Positions 50,700 to 59,362 of a stretch of DNA of 64,000 nt are shown one piece after another. Location of the stretch: assembly GCA_964584805.1 (NCBI GenBank), contig CAZPAY010000009.1, forward strand, positions 12,293 to 76,292. The letters are read 5' to 3'. The notes below the pieces were generated by a model. It had not been told where the DNA came from. It worked only from the letters and a program-made list of their open reading frames with translations, and did no database searches. Source of the DNA: an uncultured Planctomycetales bacterium (lineage in GTDB: Bacteria; Planctomycetota; UBA1135). The translations under genes were made by a program, and so were the position numbers. Position 1 is the stretch's first letter; each line of letters starts with the position of its first letter.

Positions 50700-51725
50700 A
50701 TGGCTGACTTCTCTTCCAGATACGAGCGCCAAGAGCGGTTGCCCCAAATGGGCGCCGAGGGGCAAGATCGCTTGAAAACAGCGCATGTCATTGTGATAGG
50801 CCTGGGCGCGCTTGGCTCGGTTGAGGCCGATTTGCTTGCCCGCGCTGGCGTGGGTCGTCTCACGCTAGTTGACCGCGATGTCGTTGAGGCGGGCAATCTA
50901 CAGCGCCAAACGCTCTACACCGAGGCAGACGCGGCTGAATCACGCCCCAAAGCTGAGGCCGCGTTGGAGCGACTGCAGGCCGTCAACGGTCAAATTAAAA
51001 TCATCGCGCACGCCGTAGATTTGACCGCTCGCAATTTGAGTGAGCTTTGCGCGGGCGCGGATGTCGTCCTTGATGGCACCGATAATTTCCAAACGCGCTA
51101 TTTACTTAATGACTGGGCTGTCTCTGAGCATGTGCCACTTGTTTACGCTGGCGTGGTCGGCACCTACGGCATGTCGGGCGCGATTTTGCCTGGCCGTGCT
51201 TGTTTACGCTGCACTTGGCCTGAGCCACCTGAAGCGGCTCAAGCACCCACTTGCTCATCTGCAGGTGTGCTGGGGCCGGCGGTTTCGGTGATTGCTGGGC
51301 TTGCCGTGGCGGAAGTTGTCAAAATATTGCTCGGAGATTTTGATGCCATTGCTCCCGGATATGTTTACGCCGACTTGTGGCGCAATCAATATCGCACCCT
51401 TAAAACAGCCACCGATCCCGATTGCCCCTGTTGCGGCGACCAGCAATATCCTTGGCTGCGCGGAGAGCGTGGGTCATTAGGTGCAAAAGCGGTCTGCGGT
51501 GGCAACGCTGTCCAAGTACCCGCAGGCACTTCTTCCATTGACCTTTCCATTCTTGCGAATAAAATGAGTAAAAGCGTTACGCACCTCCAGCTCGGCTCTT
51601 GCCACCTGCGTTTTTGGCACCGCAACTGTGAAGTTACGATTTTTGCCGATGGGCATGCGCTCATCCGGCACACCGAAGATTTAGCTCTAGCCCGAGCAAT
51701 TCTTTCGGAAACCACCGGCCTTTAA
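50700..51725 (+). CDS. ThiF/MoeB-family E1-like adenylyltransferase
   Basis: Rossmann motif IGLGALGS, plus NLQRQ and two CxxC pairs (CLRC, CPCC). The start is trimmed to ATG 50700 because the ORF-track start lies inside tRNA-Leu. Confidence 0.85.
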   Translation: MADFSSRYERQERLPQMGAEGQDRLKTAHVIVIGLGALGSVEADLLARAGVGRLTLVDRDVVEAGNLQRQTLYTEADAAESRPKAEAALERLQAVNGQIKIIAHAVDLTARNLSELCAGADVVLDGTDNFQTRYLLNDWAVSEHVPLVYAGVVGTYGMSGAILPGRACLRCTWPEPPEAAQAPTCSSAGVLGPAVSVIAGLAVAEVVKILLGDFDAIAPGYVYADLWRNQYRTLKTATDPDCPCCGDQQYPWLRGERGSLGAKAVCGGNAVQVPAGTSSIDLSILANKMSKSVTHLQLGSCHLRFWHRNCEVTIFADGHALIRHTEDLALARAILSETTGL

Positions 51726-51732
51726 CAAACAA

Positions 51733-53715
51733 ATGCGCGCCTTGCGCGTACTCCCAATCATGGTAACCTCCAGGCTCCTCCAGGCCAATACGACCTCGCA
51801 ATGGCCCTCTCAGTGGGGCTTACGATGCGGTCTCGCCCTTGCTTCTCTCGAGATCGGCATCGCCATCACGAGTGTTTTTCCAAGTTTAAGCACATTGCCT
51901 CAAAGGGTTCTCTTTTTCCTAGGTCCCCTTTTCGTATATGCCCTCTTTGGTTTATTGCTTGACTTTGGCATTGCCAAATTGCCTGTACCCCGAAAGGGTT
52001 CTCGGCTTCTGCCAATACTTGTTGTTTTGGTTTTTGCATACCGATCGGTATCAAAAACATGGATTCTGCTTCAAACTCCGCTTCAGTTTGGCTTAGCCGC
52101 TTTAAGCCTTTTCTTTGCGATATTCCTACTGAAACGAGGCTGGCCGTCTCGACCGCATATCCAACTCCGTATTCAGCGTGTGGCCATAGGGGTCTGCCTC
52201 ATTGGCTTCCTTTTCCTCGTCGCATTCTTGGCCACCGACCGCTCCATTGAACAGCGCACACCTCATGGGCAACTACTCGATTCACCCAATGTAGTGGTCA
52301 TTACGCTTGATACTCTGAGAGCCGATGTTTTGCCTCTTTATGGAGGAAAAGGCCTCGAGACGCCGCACCTTGACCAGTTGGCGAGTCAGTCCATCGTCTT
52401 TGATGACATGTGCGCTGTTAGCCCCATCACCGGCCCCTCGCATGCAAGCATTTTGACAGGAGTGATGCCTCCGACTCACGCCCTGCGCTCTAATGGCCCA
52501 TTCAGTCTCGATCCAGGCGTAGTGACGCTTGCTGAAACTCTTTCCCGGGCAGGCTATGCCACCGGAGCCGTCATTTCGGCTTATCCAGTGCGAGGAGAAA
52601 TTGGCTTTAACCGAGGTTTCGATGTCTTTGACGACCGGTTGCCGCAAGACAACTACCAGCGCCTGATGGCCCTTGGGCCAGCCTCTTTTCAGTGGTTGCG
52701 CCCTCTTGTTTTCTTGCGCAAATTGACCGGTCGGCCAGTCATTTCGGGCGACCTTCTCTTGGACCGCACACAAGATTTCCTTAACCGCAAAAAGGGTTCT
52801 TTTTTCCTCTGGGCTCATTTCTTTGATGCCCATGACCCTCATGTCGCGCATGGTCAATGGAAAAAGCGGGCACATCAATTAGCGGATTCCGCGTGGCCCA
52901 CAGCAGTCGGCAATGACTTCTCAAAAGAGTCGTTATTGCAGTACCGAGGCCAAGTAATGGAGGTCGATAACCAAGTCGGTCGTTTGCTGGCACAAATTAA
53001 AGTTGAGGATCCTGACCTCAGCAATACCGTCATCTTTTTGCTTTCTGATCACGGTCAGTGCTTTGGCGAGGGTGGTTTTGAAGTCACTCATAAGCCTAGC
53101 CTGCAAGAGGCTACCCAGCACATACCTGGCATGCTCTATACGCCTGCGGTAAAGACTGCACGGCGTACAAGTTTCCCAGTCAATCAAATTGATGTCATGC
53201 CAACTCTTTGCGCGCTCACAGGGTTAGCGATACCCGAAAATGTCCAAGGGGTTGATCTGACACCAATTGCACACAATAAAGTACAAACAGTGCCCCGCGC
53301 CTTATTCCACGATGGCTTCTACATGGAGGCTTACCAAGCGAGTTTGCGAGGCAAAGACATACAAGCCCGAATCAGAATTGCGCGCGCAGCTCAAACAAAT
53401 AAGGACTCAGACCATATCTTTCTCGAGAAAAATCAAGAATGGCTTGGTGACAGTGACATGCGTAAGCAAGCGGTGCGCGGGCAAGATTGGAAATACATTC
53501 GTGTATTTAATGGCGAATCTTTCCTCTATGACTTGTCTATCGTCAATCCCGAGGGGCACCGCGAGACTCACAACTTAGTGACCGAACGCCCAGAAATCAG
53601 ACAAAAGCAAATCCAAAAGCTTGATCGCCTGATTGAAAGCATGCCAACGGGGTTAATGAATACGAACGACATGACTCCCATTGAGCAACAGCTCCTGGAT
53701 GAATTGGGCTACTAG
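51733..53715 (+). CDS. Membrane-anchored sulfatase-fold protein with T-x-P-S-H motif
   Basis: 660 aa with about 5 N-terminal TM helices, then NVVVITLDTLRAD, SPITGPSHASILTG and LLSDHGQCFGEGG. It is a paralogue of 911..2557. Confidence 0.8.
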   Translation: MRALRVLPIMVTSRLLQANTTSQWPSQWGLRCGLALASLEIGIAITSVFPSLSTLPQRVLFFLGPLFVYALFGLLLDFGIAKLPVPRKGSRLLPILVVLVFAYRSVSKTWILLQTPLQFGLAALSLFFAIFLLKRGWPSRPHIQLRIQRVAIGVCLIGFLFLVAFLATDRSIEQRTPHGQLLDSPNVVVITLDTLRADVLPLYGGKGLETPHLDQLASQSIVFDDMCAVSPITGPSHASILTGVMPPTHALRSNGPFSLDPGVVTLAETLSRAGYATGAVISAYPVRGEIGFNRGFDVFDDRLPQDNYQRLMALGPASFQWLRPLVFLRKLTGRPVISGDLLLDRTQDFLNRKKGSFFLWAHFFDAHDPHVAHGQWKKRAHQLADSAWPTAVGNDFSKESLLQYRGQVMEVDNQVGRLLAQIKVEDPDLSNTVIFLLSDHGQCFGEGGFEVTHKPSLQEATQHIPGMLYTPAVKTARRTSFPVNQIDVMPTLCALTGLAIPENVQGVDLTPIAHNKVQTVPRALFHDGFYMEAYQASLRGKDIQARIRIARAAQTNKDSDHIFLEKNQEWLGDSDMRKQAVRGQDWKYIRVFNGESFLYDLSIVNPEGHRETHNLVTERPEIRQKQIQKLDRLIESMPTGLMNTNDMTPIEQQLLDELGY

Positions 53716-53760
53716 GTTTGAAATAGCGGCACGGCTCCAAGGAGCACTTATCCTATAGCC

Positions 53761-54900
53761 ATGGACACGCTCAACTGGAACCGTGCCGCCACCTGTGCCC
53801 ATCCGGCTCCAGGTGTTGAGGCGGCAATGATTCAAGGTCTGCATGCACCCGATTCAGGGCGCGGCAGCAACAATGAATCGACAAGTGAGAGACTGCATGC
53901 CATCCGCCAATGTGCCGGGCGCTTGTTTGGCTTTGCCGCGACCGAGCGCATTGTTTTCACATCGGGCGCAACTTATGGGCTGAATATCGCGATTCATGGT
54001 GGCATCAAAGCAGGTGAGCGCGTGCTGACGACGGCTTATGAGCACAATGCGGTTTTGCGACCGGTCGTGCGCGAGGGCGAAGACAACGATTGCTCGATTG
54101 AGATTTTGCCCTTTGATGATTTTGGCGTGCTTGATTTGGCGGCTTTGGCGGTCGAGCTCGAAAAGGGGGCCGATTGGTTGGTTATGGGCGTGGCGAGCAA
54201 TTTGATGGGCACGATACAGCCGTTTGAGCAAGCCGTCGCGATGGCCAAGGCGGCCGGCACCCAAGTGATTTTGGATTTGGCGCAAGGCGGCGGTTACTTT
54301 CCGATTGACCTTGACACACTCGGCGTGAGTTATGCCTCCATCGCTGGACACAAGGGTTTGCACGGCCCGCGCGGCGTGGGCTTATTGTTTGTCGCGCGTG
54401 ATTGCGAGCCGACCGCGCTCGTGCAGGGCGGCACGGGCCTGGATGGTTTAAATTTGGGTATGTGCACCGAATGGCCGCAGCGGCTTGAGGTCGGCACTCC
54501 GAACTACCCCGGCATTTTTGGTTTGGGCGCAGCGCTCGACCACCTTGAGGCGCACCCCGTTGACTTAGACGGCCCCCGCCGCCGCATGGCTCTCCTCGAA
54601 ACTCTGCTTCGTGCAGATGCCGACTTCGAGGTCTTTCCAAGCGAGCCCGTTTCTTGGGGTAAACGCCTGCCCATTTTGGCGGTGCAATCCAAAAGCGTGG
54701 CCTCTGCATTGATGGCCAGTTGGATTTCCCAAACTGGCCTTGAAGTACGCTCTGGCGATATGTGCGCTGCAAAAGCCACCCCGCAGTTAGGCGTGCCAGA
54801 AGGCGTCCTGCGGCTGTCTCCACCGCTCGATGCGACCGATGCTGACTTTGAGCGCGTGTATCAATTGCTTATTCAAGCGCGAGATAGTTTGAGTGACTAA
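53761..54900 (+). CDS. Class V aminotransferase-fold, cysteine desulfurase-like protein
   Basis: PLP-lysine context SIAGHKGLHGPRGVG and a group II-like Cys loop VRSGDMCAAKATPQLGV. Confidence 0.75.
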   Translation: MDTLNWNRAATCAHPAPGVEAAMIQGLHAPDSGRGSNNESTSERLHAIRQCAGRLFGFAATERIVFTSGATYGLNIAIHGGIKAGERVLTTAYEHNAVLRPVVREGEDNDCSIEILPFDDFGVLDLAALAVELEKGADWLVMGVASNLMGTIQPFEQAVAMAKAAGTQVILDLAQGGGYFPIDLDTLGVSYASIAGHKGLHGPRGVGLLFVARDCEPTALVQGGTGLDGLNLGMCTEWPQRLEVGTPNYPGIFGLGAALDHLEAHPVDLDGPRRRMALLETLLRADADFEVFPSEPVSWGKRLPILAVQSKSVASALMASWISQTGLEVRSGDMCAAKATPQLGVPEGVLRLSPPLDATDADFERVYQLLIQARDSLSD

Positions 54901-55519
54901 TCCAGTCAAACACCCACCCGTTCACGCGATTTTACTTGCGGCGGGCCAAGGCAAACGACTGGGCTACCCCAAGGCACTCTTGCGTTGGCAAGGCCACTGG
55001 ATGCTTCCTCGATTGGTGCGAGCTTTGCGTGCAGGTGGTGCAAGTTCCGTAACGGTGGTTACACGAGCCGAATTGGAAAGTGAATTTTCCGCGCGCGAGC
55101 CACTTGGCGATTGCCATATTGTTTTCAACCCTGACCCTGAGCGCGGCCGCACCAGCAGCATTCAATGTGCCGCGGTCGATTTGCCGCCGAAAGAGAGTTT
55201 GCTTATTCACCCTTGCGACATTCCTTTGCTTTCCGCCGACGCAGTAACCACGCTTTTGCTGGCCTGGGCAAAGGAAGAGAATCGCGAGCAATTGTTTGCG
55301 CGACTGGTTACTCCAGCTGGCAAAGGCGGACATCCGCTCATCGTTGGTGCAAAACATGTCGAGGCACTGCTTGCACTCGACGCCGACGCACCTTTGCGCG
55401 ACCTCATGCACGCGCACAATCATTGCCGGCTGGATGTCATCCGCCGCAGTGATCCGGGGCCGTTTCTCGATGTGAACACACCTGAGCAGCTGGCTTTTAT
55501 GGAAAGTTTACTGAGCTAG
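54893..55519 (+). CDS. MobA/MocA-like molybdenum cofactor nucleotidyltransferase
   Basis: 208 aa with ILLAAGQGKRLGYPKALL (the AAG.S.R.G..K pattern). It overlaps the upstream gene by 8 nt. Confidence 0.7.
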   Translation: MTNPVKHPPVHAILLAAGQGKRLGYPKALLRWQGHWMLPRLVRALRAGGASSVTVVTRAELESEFSAREPLGDCHIVFNPDPERGRTSSIQCAAVDLPPKESLLIHPCDIPLLSADAVTTLLLAWAKEENREQLFARLVTPAGKGGHPLIVGAKHVEALLALDADAPLRDLMHAHNHCRLDVIRRSDPGPFLDVNTPEQLAFMESLLS

Positions 55520-56503
55520 TGCGGCCACGATGGCGCGTTTGAGCAGCACGCCCGCCATGCGTTTGCGGTAAGTCGGCGACATCGAAGTATTTTTCATCGG
55601 GCGCACTTCCTTACGGATGGCATCACTTAGCGTTTCAAAGCGATGGGGCCACGATGGGTCATTCGCGTCTGCGGGTGCACCTACGAGTTGCTCGGCGATG
55701 GATTCGTGCAAAAGTGGAACCGGCGCATAGGCTGTCGTCGCGACACGGGCCTCAGCAATCAAATTGTTTTCGATCCGTAGTGAAACGGCGACACCGCCCT
55801 CAGGAAAGTCGATGGTTTCACGCAGGCGCAGTTTTTGGTATGCCGATTGCCAATCGCGCGAAGCAGACGGCAAGATGACGCGGGTCAAAATTTCGGTGAC
55901 CGCCTTGTCGCGGAAACGGCGGATGCCATCTTCTCGGTAAACCTCACACATCGGCACGATGCGTGAGCCGTTATCGCCCACCCACTCAATGGATGCGCCC
56001 AAAACTAAAAGCATCGGCGCCATATCACCAGAATAAGCGGCCACGCAAATGTCACCTGGCTTGGGGACAACCCGACATGTGTCGGCTTCGGCTTTTAAGC
56101 ATGAGCCATGCGCTTCGCGCCAATTCTCCGTTTGGTTAAAGTGCCAGCAACGCGTGTCTAAGAGGAGGTTACCGCCCAATGTCGCCGTGCGACGAATCAG
56201 CGGTGAGGCCACCATCTTGGCCGTTTCTACGAGCGCGGGGAATTGTTTCGCCAACTCGGCATCTTGCGTAATGGCGTGCAAAGTGCGACCAGCGGCCAAA
56301 CTTCCTGGGCCGCCATCTTGCAATTCAGCGATGTGCTTTAAGGAAAGCAAATGGGGTTGCACATTGAGGCCCCACTTGTAATTGCAAAGCAAGTCTGTGC
56401 CGCCGCCAAGCCAATCGAAACCATCCGCAGCACATTGTTGCGCCAGCGAAACCGCTTTTGCGAGATTCGATGGGCGGTGCAACTTTAAATCAGCGATACG
56501 CAT
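55508..56503 (-). CDS. Xanthine dehydrogenase family FAD-binding (medium) subunit
   Basis: 331 aa with the FAD-binding LGGGTDLL motif and CoxM/XdhB-like length. TAATG junction with the large-subunit gene. Confidence 0.85.
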   Translation of the reverse strand: MRIADLKLHRPSNLAKAVSLAQQCAADGFDWLGGGTDLLCNYKWGLNVQPHLLSLKHIAELQDGGPGSLAAGRTLHAITQDAELAKQFPALVETAKMVASPLIRRTATLGGNLLLDTRCWHFNQTENWREAHGSCLKAEADTCRVVPKPGDICVAAYSGDMAPMLLVLGASIEWVGDNGSRIVPMCEVYREDGIRRFRDKAVTEILTRVILPSASRDWQSAYQKLRLRETIDFPEGGVAVSLRIENNLIAEARVATTAYAPVPLLHESIAEQLVGAPADANDPSWPHRFETLSDAIRKEVRPMKNTSMSPTYRKRMAGVLLKRAIVAALAQ

Positions 56504-58830
56504 TAATTTGCCTCCTGGGCGGCAGCCTCTGCTTCGGCTTTTGCCTTGCGGTCGAGCGCGGCCAAAACCCGCTCAGGGGTCATCGGCACCTCATGGATGC
56601 GCACACCAACGGCGTCATAAATCGCATTGGCAATCGCGGGAATAATGGGAGCAAGAGAGCCTTCTCCACATTCTTTGGCACCGAGCGGCCCCTCGGGGTC
56701 ATTGGATTCGACGACGATAATGTCCATTTCAGGAGTCTCAAGCGGTGACGGAATTTTGTAATCCAGGAAGGAGCCGTTAATCAGTTGGCCACCAGAATAT
56801 TTCATCTCTTCGGTCAAAGCTTGACCGATGCCCATATGCACCGAGCCCTCAAGTTGGCCCTCGACGGCAGTCAAGTTCAGGGCCTTGCCGCAATCATGCG
56901 CCGCCCAAACATTTTCAACACGGACGAAACCCGTCTCGGTGTCGACATCAACCTGAGCGACGAAAGCTTGATAGCTGTAACTTGGAGATAGGCCCGCGCC
57001 CGCACCCTTAAAGGTGCCACCCAATTTAGGCGCGTGGTAAACGCCTTTGGCGATTAACGCGCCATTGAATGCCAATGCCTCATCCAGTGCAGCCATGAAA
57101 TCAATACGCACCGTAGCGTCATCGTCGTGGATGTAGGTCTCACCCTCGCCTTTGCGGAAACCCGCCGCAGGCAAGCCAGTCATGCGCCCGCAAGCGCGCT
57201 GTAATTTGCGAAAAATCGCCTCACCTGCGCGCAGGGCGGCATTGCCCGCCATGAAGGTCACGCGGCTGGAATACGAACCCAAGTCAATCGGTGCAGTATC
57301 GGTATCACGCGCTAAAACGCGGCAGCGGCCCATATCAATACCAATCGCTTCGGCAACGCATTGCGCCAAAACCGTATCGGAACCTTGCCCAATATCGGCG
57401 GCCATCGAGTGAATCGTGACACCACCGTCCATGTCAATTTTTAGGTGCACGGTCGACATCGGCGTGCGCGTACGATGAATCGGAAGCGCAGAGCCCGAGA
57501 TAAAAAAGCCGCACCCCAGGCCAATGCCCTTGCCCGTAGGCAACTTACCGTGTTTGGAGTCCCAGTCAGAGGCACGGCGAGCCTTTTCGAGACACTCGGT
57601 AAAGCCATTGCTGGTAATACGGAATTGATTGAGAGTCGTCGTGTTTGACGGCAGAGCGTTTTGCATGCGAAAATCAAACGGGTCGAGCCCCAATTCAAGG
57701 GCGGCCTCATCAATCAAAGTCTCGAGCGCAAAACGCGCATTAACCGCACCATGCCCCCGCATCGCACCGGACGCCGGTTTATTGGTGTAGAGGCGGCGAC
57801 CGGCGTAACGGAATGCTTCCATGCGATAGGGACCTTGAGTCAGCACGCCGTTGTAATAAGTTGTGACCACGCCAAATGAGCCCCAAGCGCCCCCATCAAT
57901 TTCAGCGTCGGCATCAATCGCACTCAGAGTGCCTTCTTTACTGACGGCGACAGACAATTTGAATTCGGTAGGGTGCCGGCCGTGATTATTCAAAAAGACC
58001 TCATCGCGATCAAACATCAATCGCACGGGGCGGCCGCACTTACGCGCCAGCAAGGACGCCACCATCTCATGTGGGAATGGGTCAGACTTGCCGCCAAAAC
58101 CACCACCCACCAAAGGCTTATAAACACGGATGCGATGCATCGGCTCTTCGAGGACCTTCGCCAAAGCCATGTGCAAGTAATGCGGCACCTGCGTCGCCGA
58201 ATAGAGGCTCAATCGCCCGTTGGGCTCGGGGACGGCCACGCAGCCAATCGGCTCTGTGAAACCATGATTGACACCATGAAAAACAAACTCGGCTTTTTTG
58301 ATGACTTCCGCATCGGAAAAAGCAGAGTCAACTTCGCCGAACTCTTGCTCGACGACTTTATGGATATTGGTGCCGCCCACGGTCACCTCATGGAGAGGTG
58401 TATCTGTTTTTTCTAGCGCTGCTTTGGGGCGCAAAACGGGCTTGAGCACTTTGTACTCGACTTTGACCAAGGAGGCCGCCTTGCGCGCGCTCACCTCGTC
58501 TTCGCAAACCACCGCCGCAATGACAGCACCAGAATAAAGTGCATAGGGCGCGGGCAGTGCAGTCTCATCTTGAGAAATGGGCAAGACGCCAAATTTACGC
58601 GCCGTGCCTGGCTCGCCTGGAGCCAAACTACAAACAAAGCCCGGCACTTTTTCGGCCTCTGAAAAATCGACCGAAAGGATTTCAGCAAACGGATGAATCG
58701 AGCGTACGCAACGCGCGTGAACCATACCCTGGAAATGAAAATCCTCGATGAATTGACCGCGACCGGAAACCTTTTCGGCGGCATCGACAAGCGGTAAGCG
58801 CGAACCAACGGTGGAGGTACGCGGGCTCAT
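56503..58830 (-). CDS. Xanthine dehydrogenase family molybdopterin-binding (large) subunit
   Basis: 775 aa with an a/b-hammerhead N-terminus, VGGGFGGKSDP, SGAMRGHG, and a C-terminal GAKECGEGSLAP.IPAIANAIYDAVG. Confidence 0.9.
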   Translation of the reverse strand: MSPRTSTVGSRLPLVDAAEKVSGRGQFIEDFHFQGMVHARCVRSIHPFAEILSVDFSEAEKVPGFVCSLAPGEPGTARKFGVLPISQDETALPAPYALYSGAVIAAVVCEDEVSARKAASLVKVEYKVLKPVLRPKAALEKTDTPLHEVTVGGTNIHKVVEQEFGEVDSAFSDAEVIKKAEFVFHGVNHGFTEPIGCVAVPEPNGRLSLYSATQVPHYLHMALAKVLEEPMHRIRVYKPLVGGGFGGKSDPFPHEMVASLLARKCGRPVRLMFDRDEVFLNNHGRHPTEFKLSVAVSKEGTLSAIDADAEIDGGAWGSFGVVTTYYNGVLTQGPYRMEAFRYAGRRLYTNKPASGAMRGHGAVNARFALETLIDEAALELGLDPFDFRMQNALPSNTTTLNQFRITSNGFTECLEKARRASDWDSKHGKLPTGKGIGLGCGFFISGSALPIHRTRTPMSTVHLKIDMDGGVTIHSMAADIGQGSDTVLAQCVAEAIGIDMGRCRVLARDTDTAPIDLGSYSSRVTFMAGNAALRAGEAIFRKLQRACGRMTGLPAAGFRKGEGETYIHDDDATVRIDFMAALDEALAFNGALIAKGVYHAPKLGGTFKGAGAGLSPSYSYQAFVAQVDVDTETGFVRVENVWAAHDCGKALNLTAVEGQLEGSVHMGIGQALTEEMKYSGGQLINGSFLDYKIPSPLETPEMDIIVVESNDPEGPLGAKECGEGSLAPIIPAIANAIYDAVGVRIHEVPMTPERVLAALDRKAKAEAEAAAQEAN

Positions 58831-59345
58831 GATTGCCCCCCCACGGCTGAGGCATAACCACGGAAAGCTCGGTGCTCTTCAGCGCATCTCTCGACCGCAT
58901 CAAGAATTTTTGCAAAACCCGTGCAACGGCAGAGATTGCCTGAAAGTTCTTGCCGCAATTCATCCCGCGTGGGCTGAGGGTTGTCGCGCAAAATCACATC
59001 AGCCGTAAGCAAAAAACCAGGCGAGCAAAAGCCACATTGCGAAGCACCTGCATCCGCAAAAGTTTCTTGCAGAGGTGCGAAGCGATCGCCATCGGGCAGA
59101 CCTTCAAGCGACAGGATTTCTTGACCCTCGACCTCAGCTGCCAAAGTCAAGCACGACAAGACGGGCTCGCCCTCAAGCTGCACCACGCAACAACCGCAAG
59201 TGCCTAAATCGCACCCTCGCTTGGTCGCGGTCAAGCCTAACTGCTCGCGCAAAACATCAAGCAGAGTATCGGCATCGCGTACTAGCACGGTATGCGTGTG
59301 GCCATTAACCGTAAGGCGTAGGGTGGTGGAGGTGTTTTCAGACAT
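58827..59345 (-). CDS. Xanthine dehydrogenase family [2Fe-2S] (small) subunit
   Basis: Cys clusters CDLGTCGCC, CGFCSPG and CRCTG. The start is ATG 59345 (or TTG 59354). Confidence 0.9.
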   Translation of the reverse strand: MSENTSTTLRLTVNGHTHTVLVRDADTLLDVLREQLGLTATKRGCDLGTCGCCVVQLEGEPVLSCLTLAAEVEGQEILSLEGLPDGDRFAPLQETFADAGASQCGFCSPGFLLTADVILRDNPQPTRDELRQELSGNLCRCTGFAKILDAVERCAEEHRAFRGYASAVGGQS

Positions 59346-59362
59346 GGGTCGCAAGACCCATT

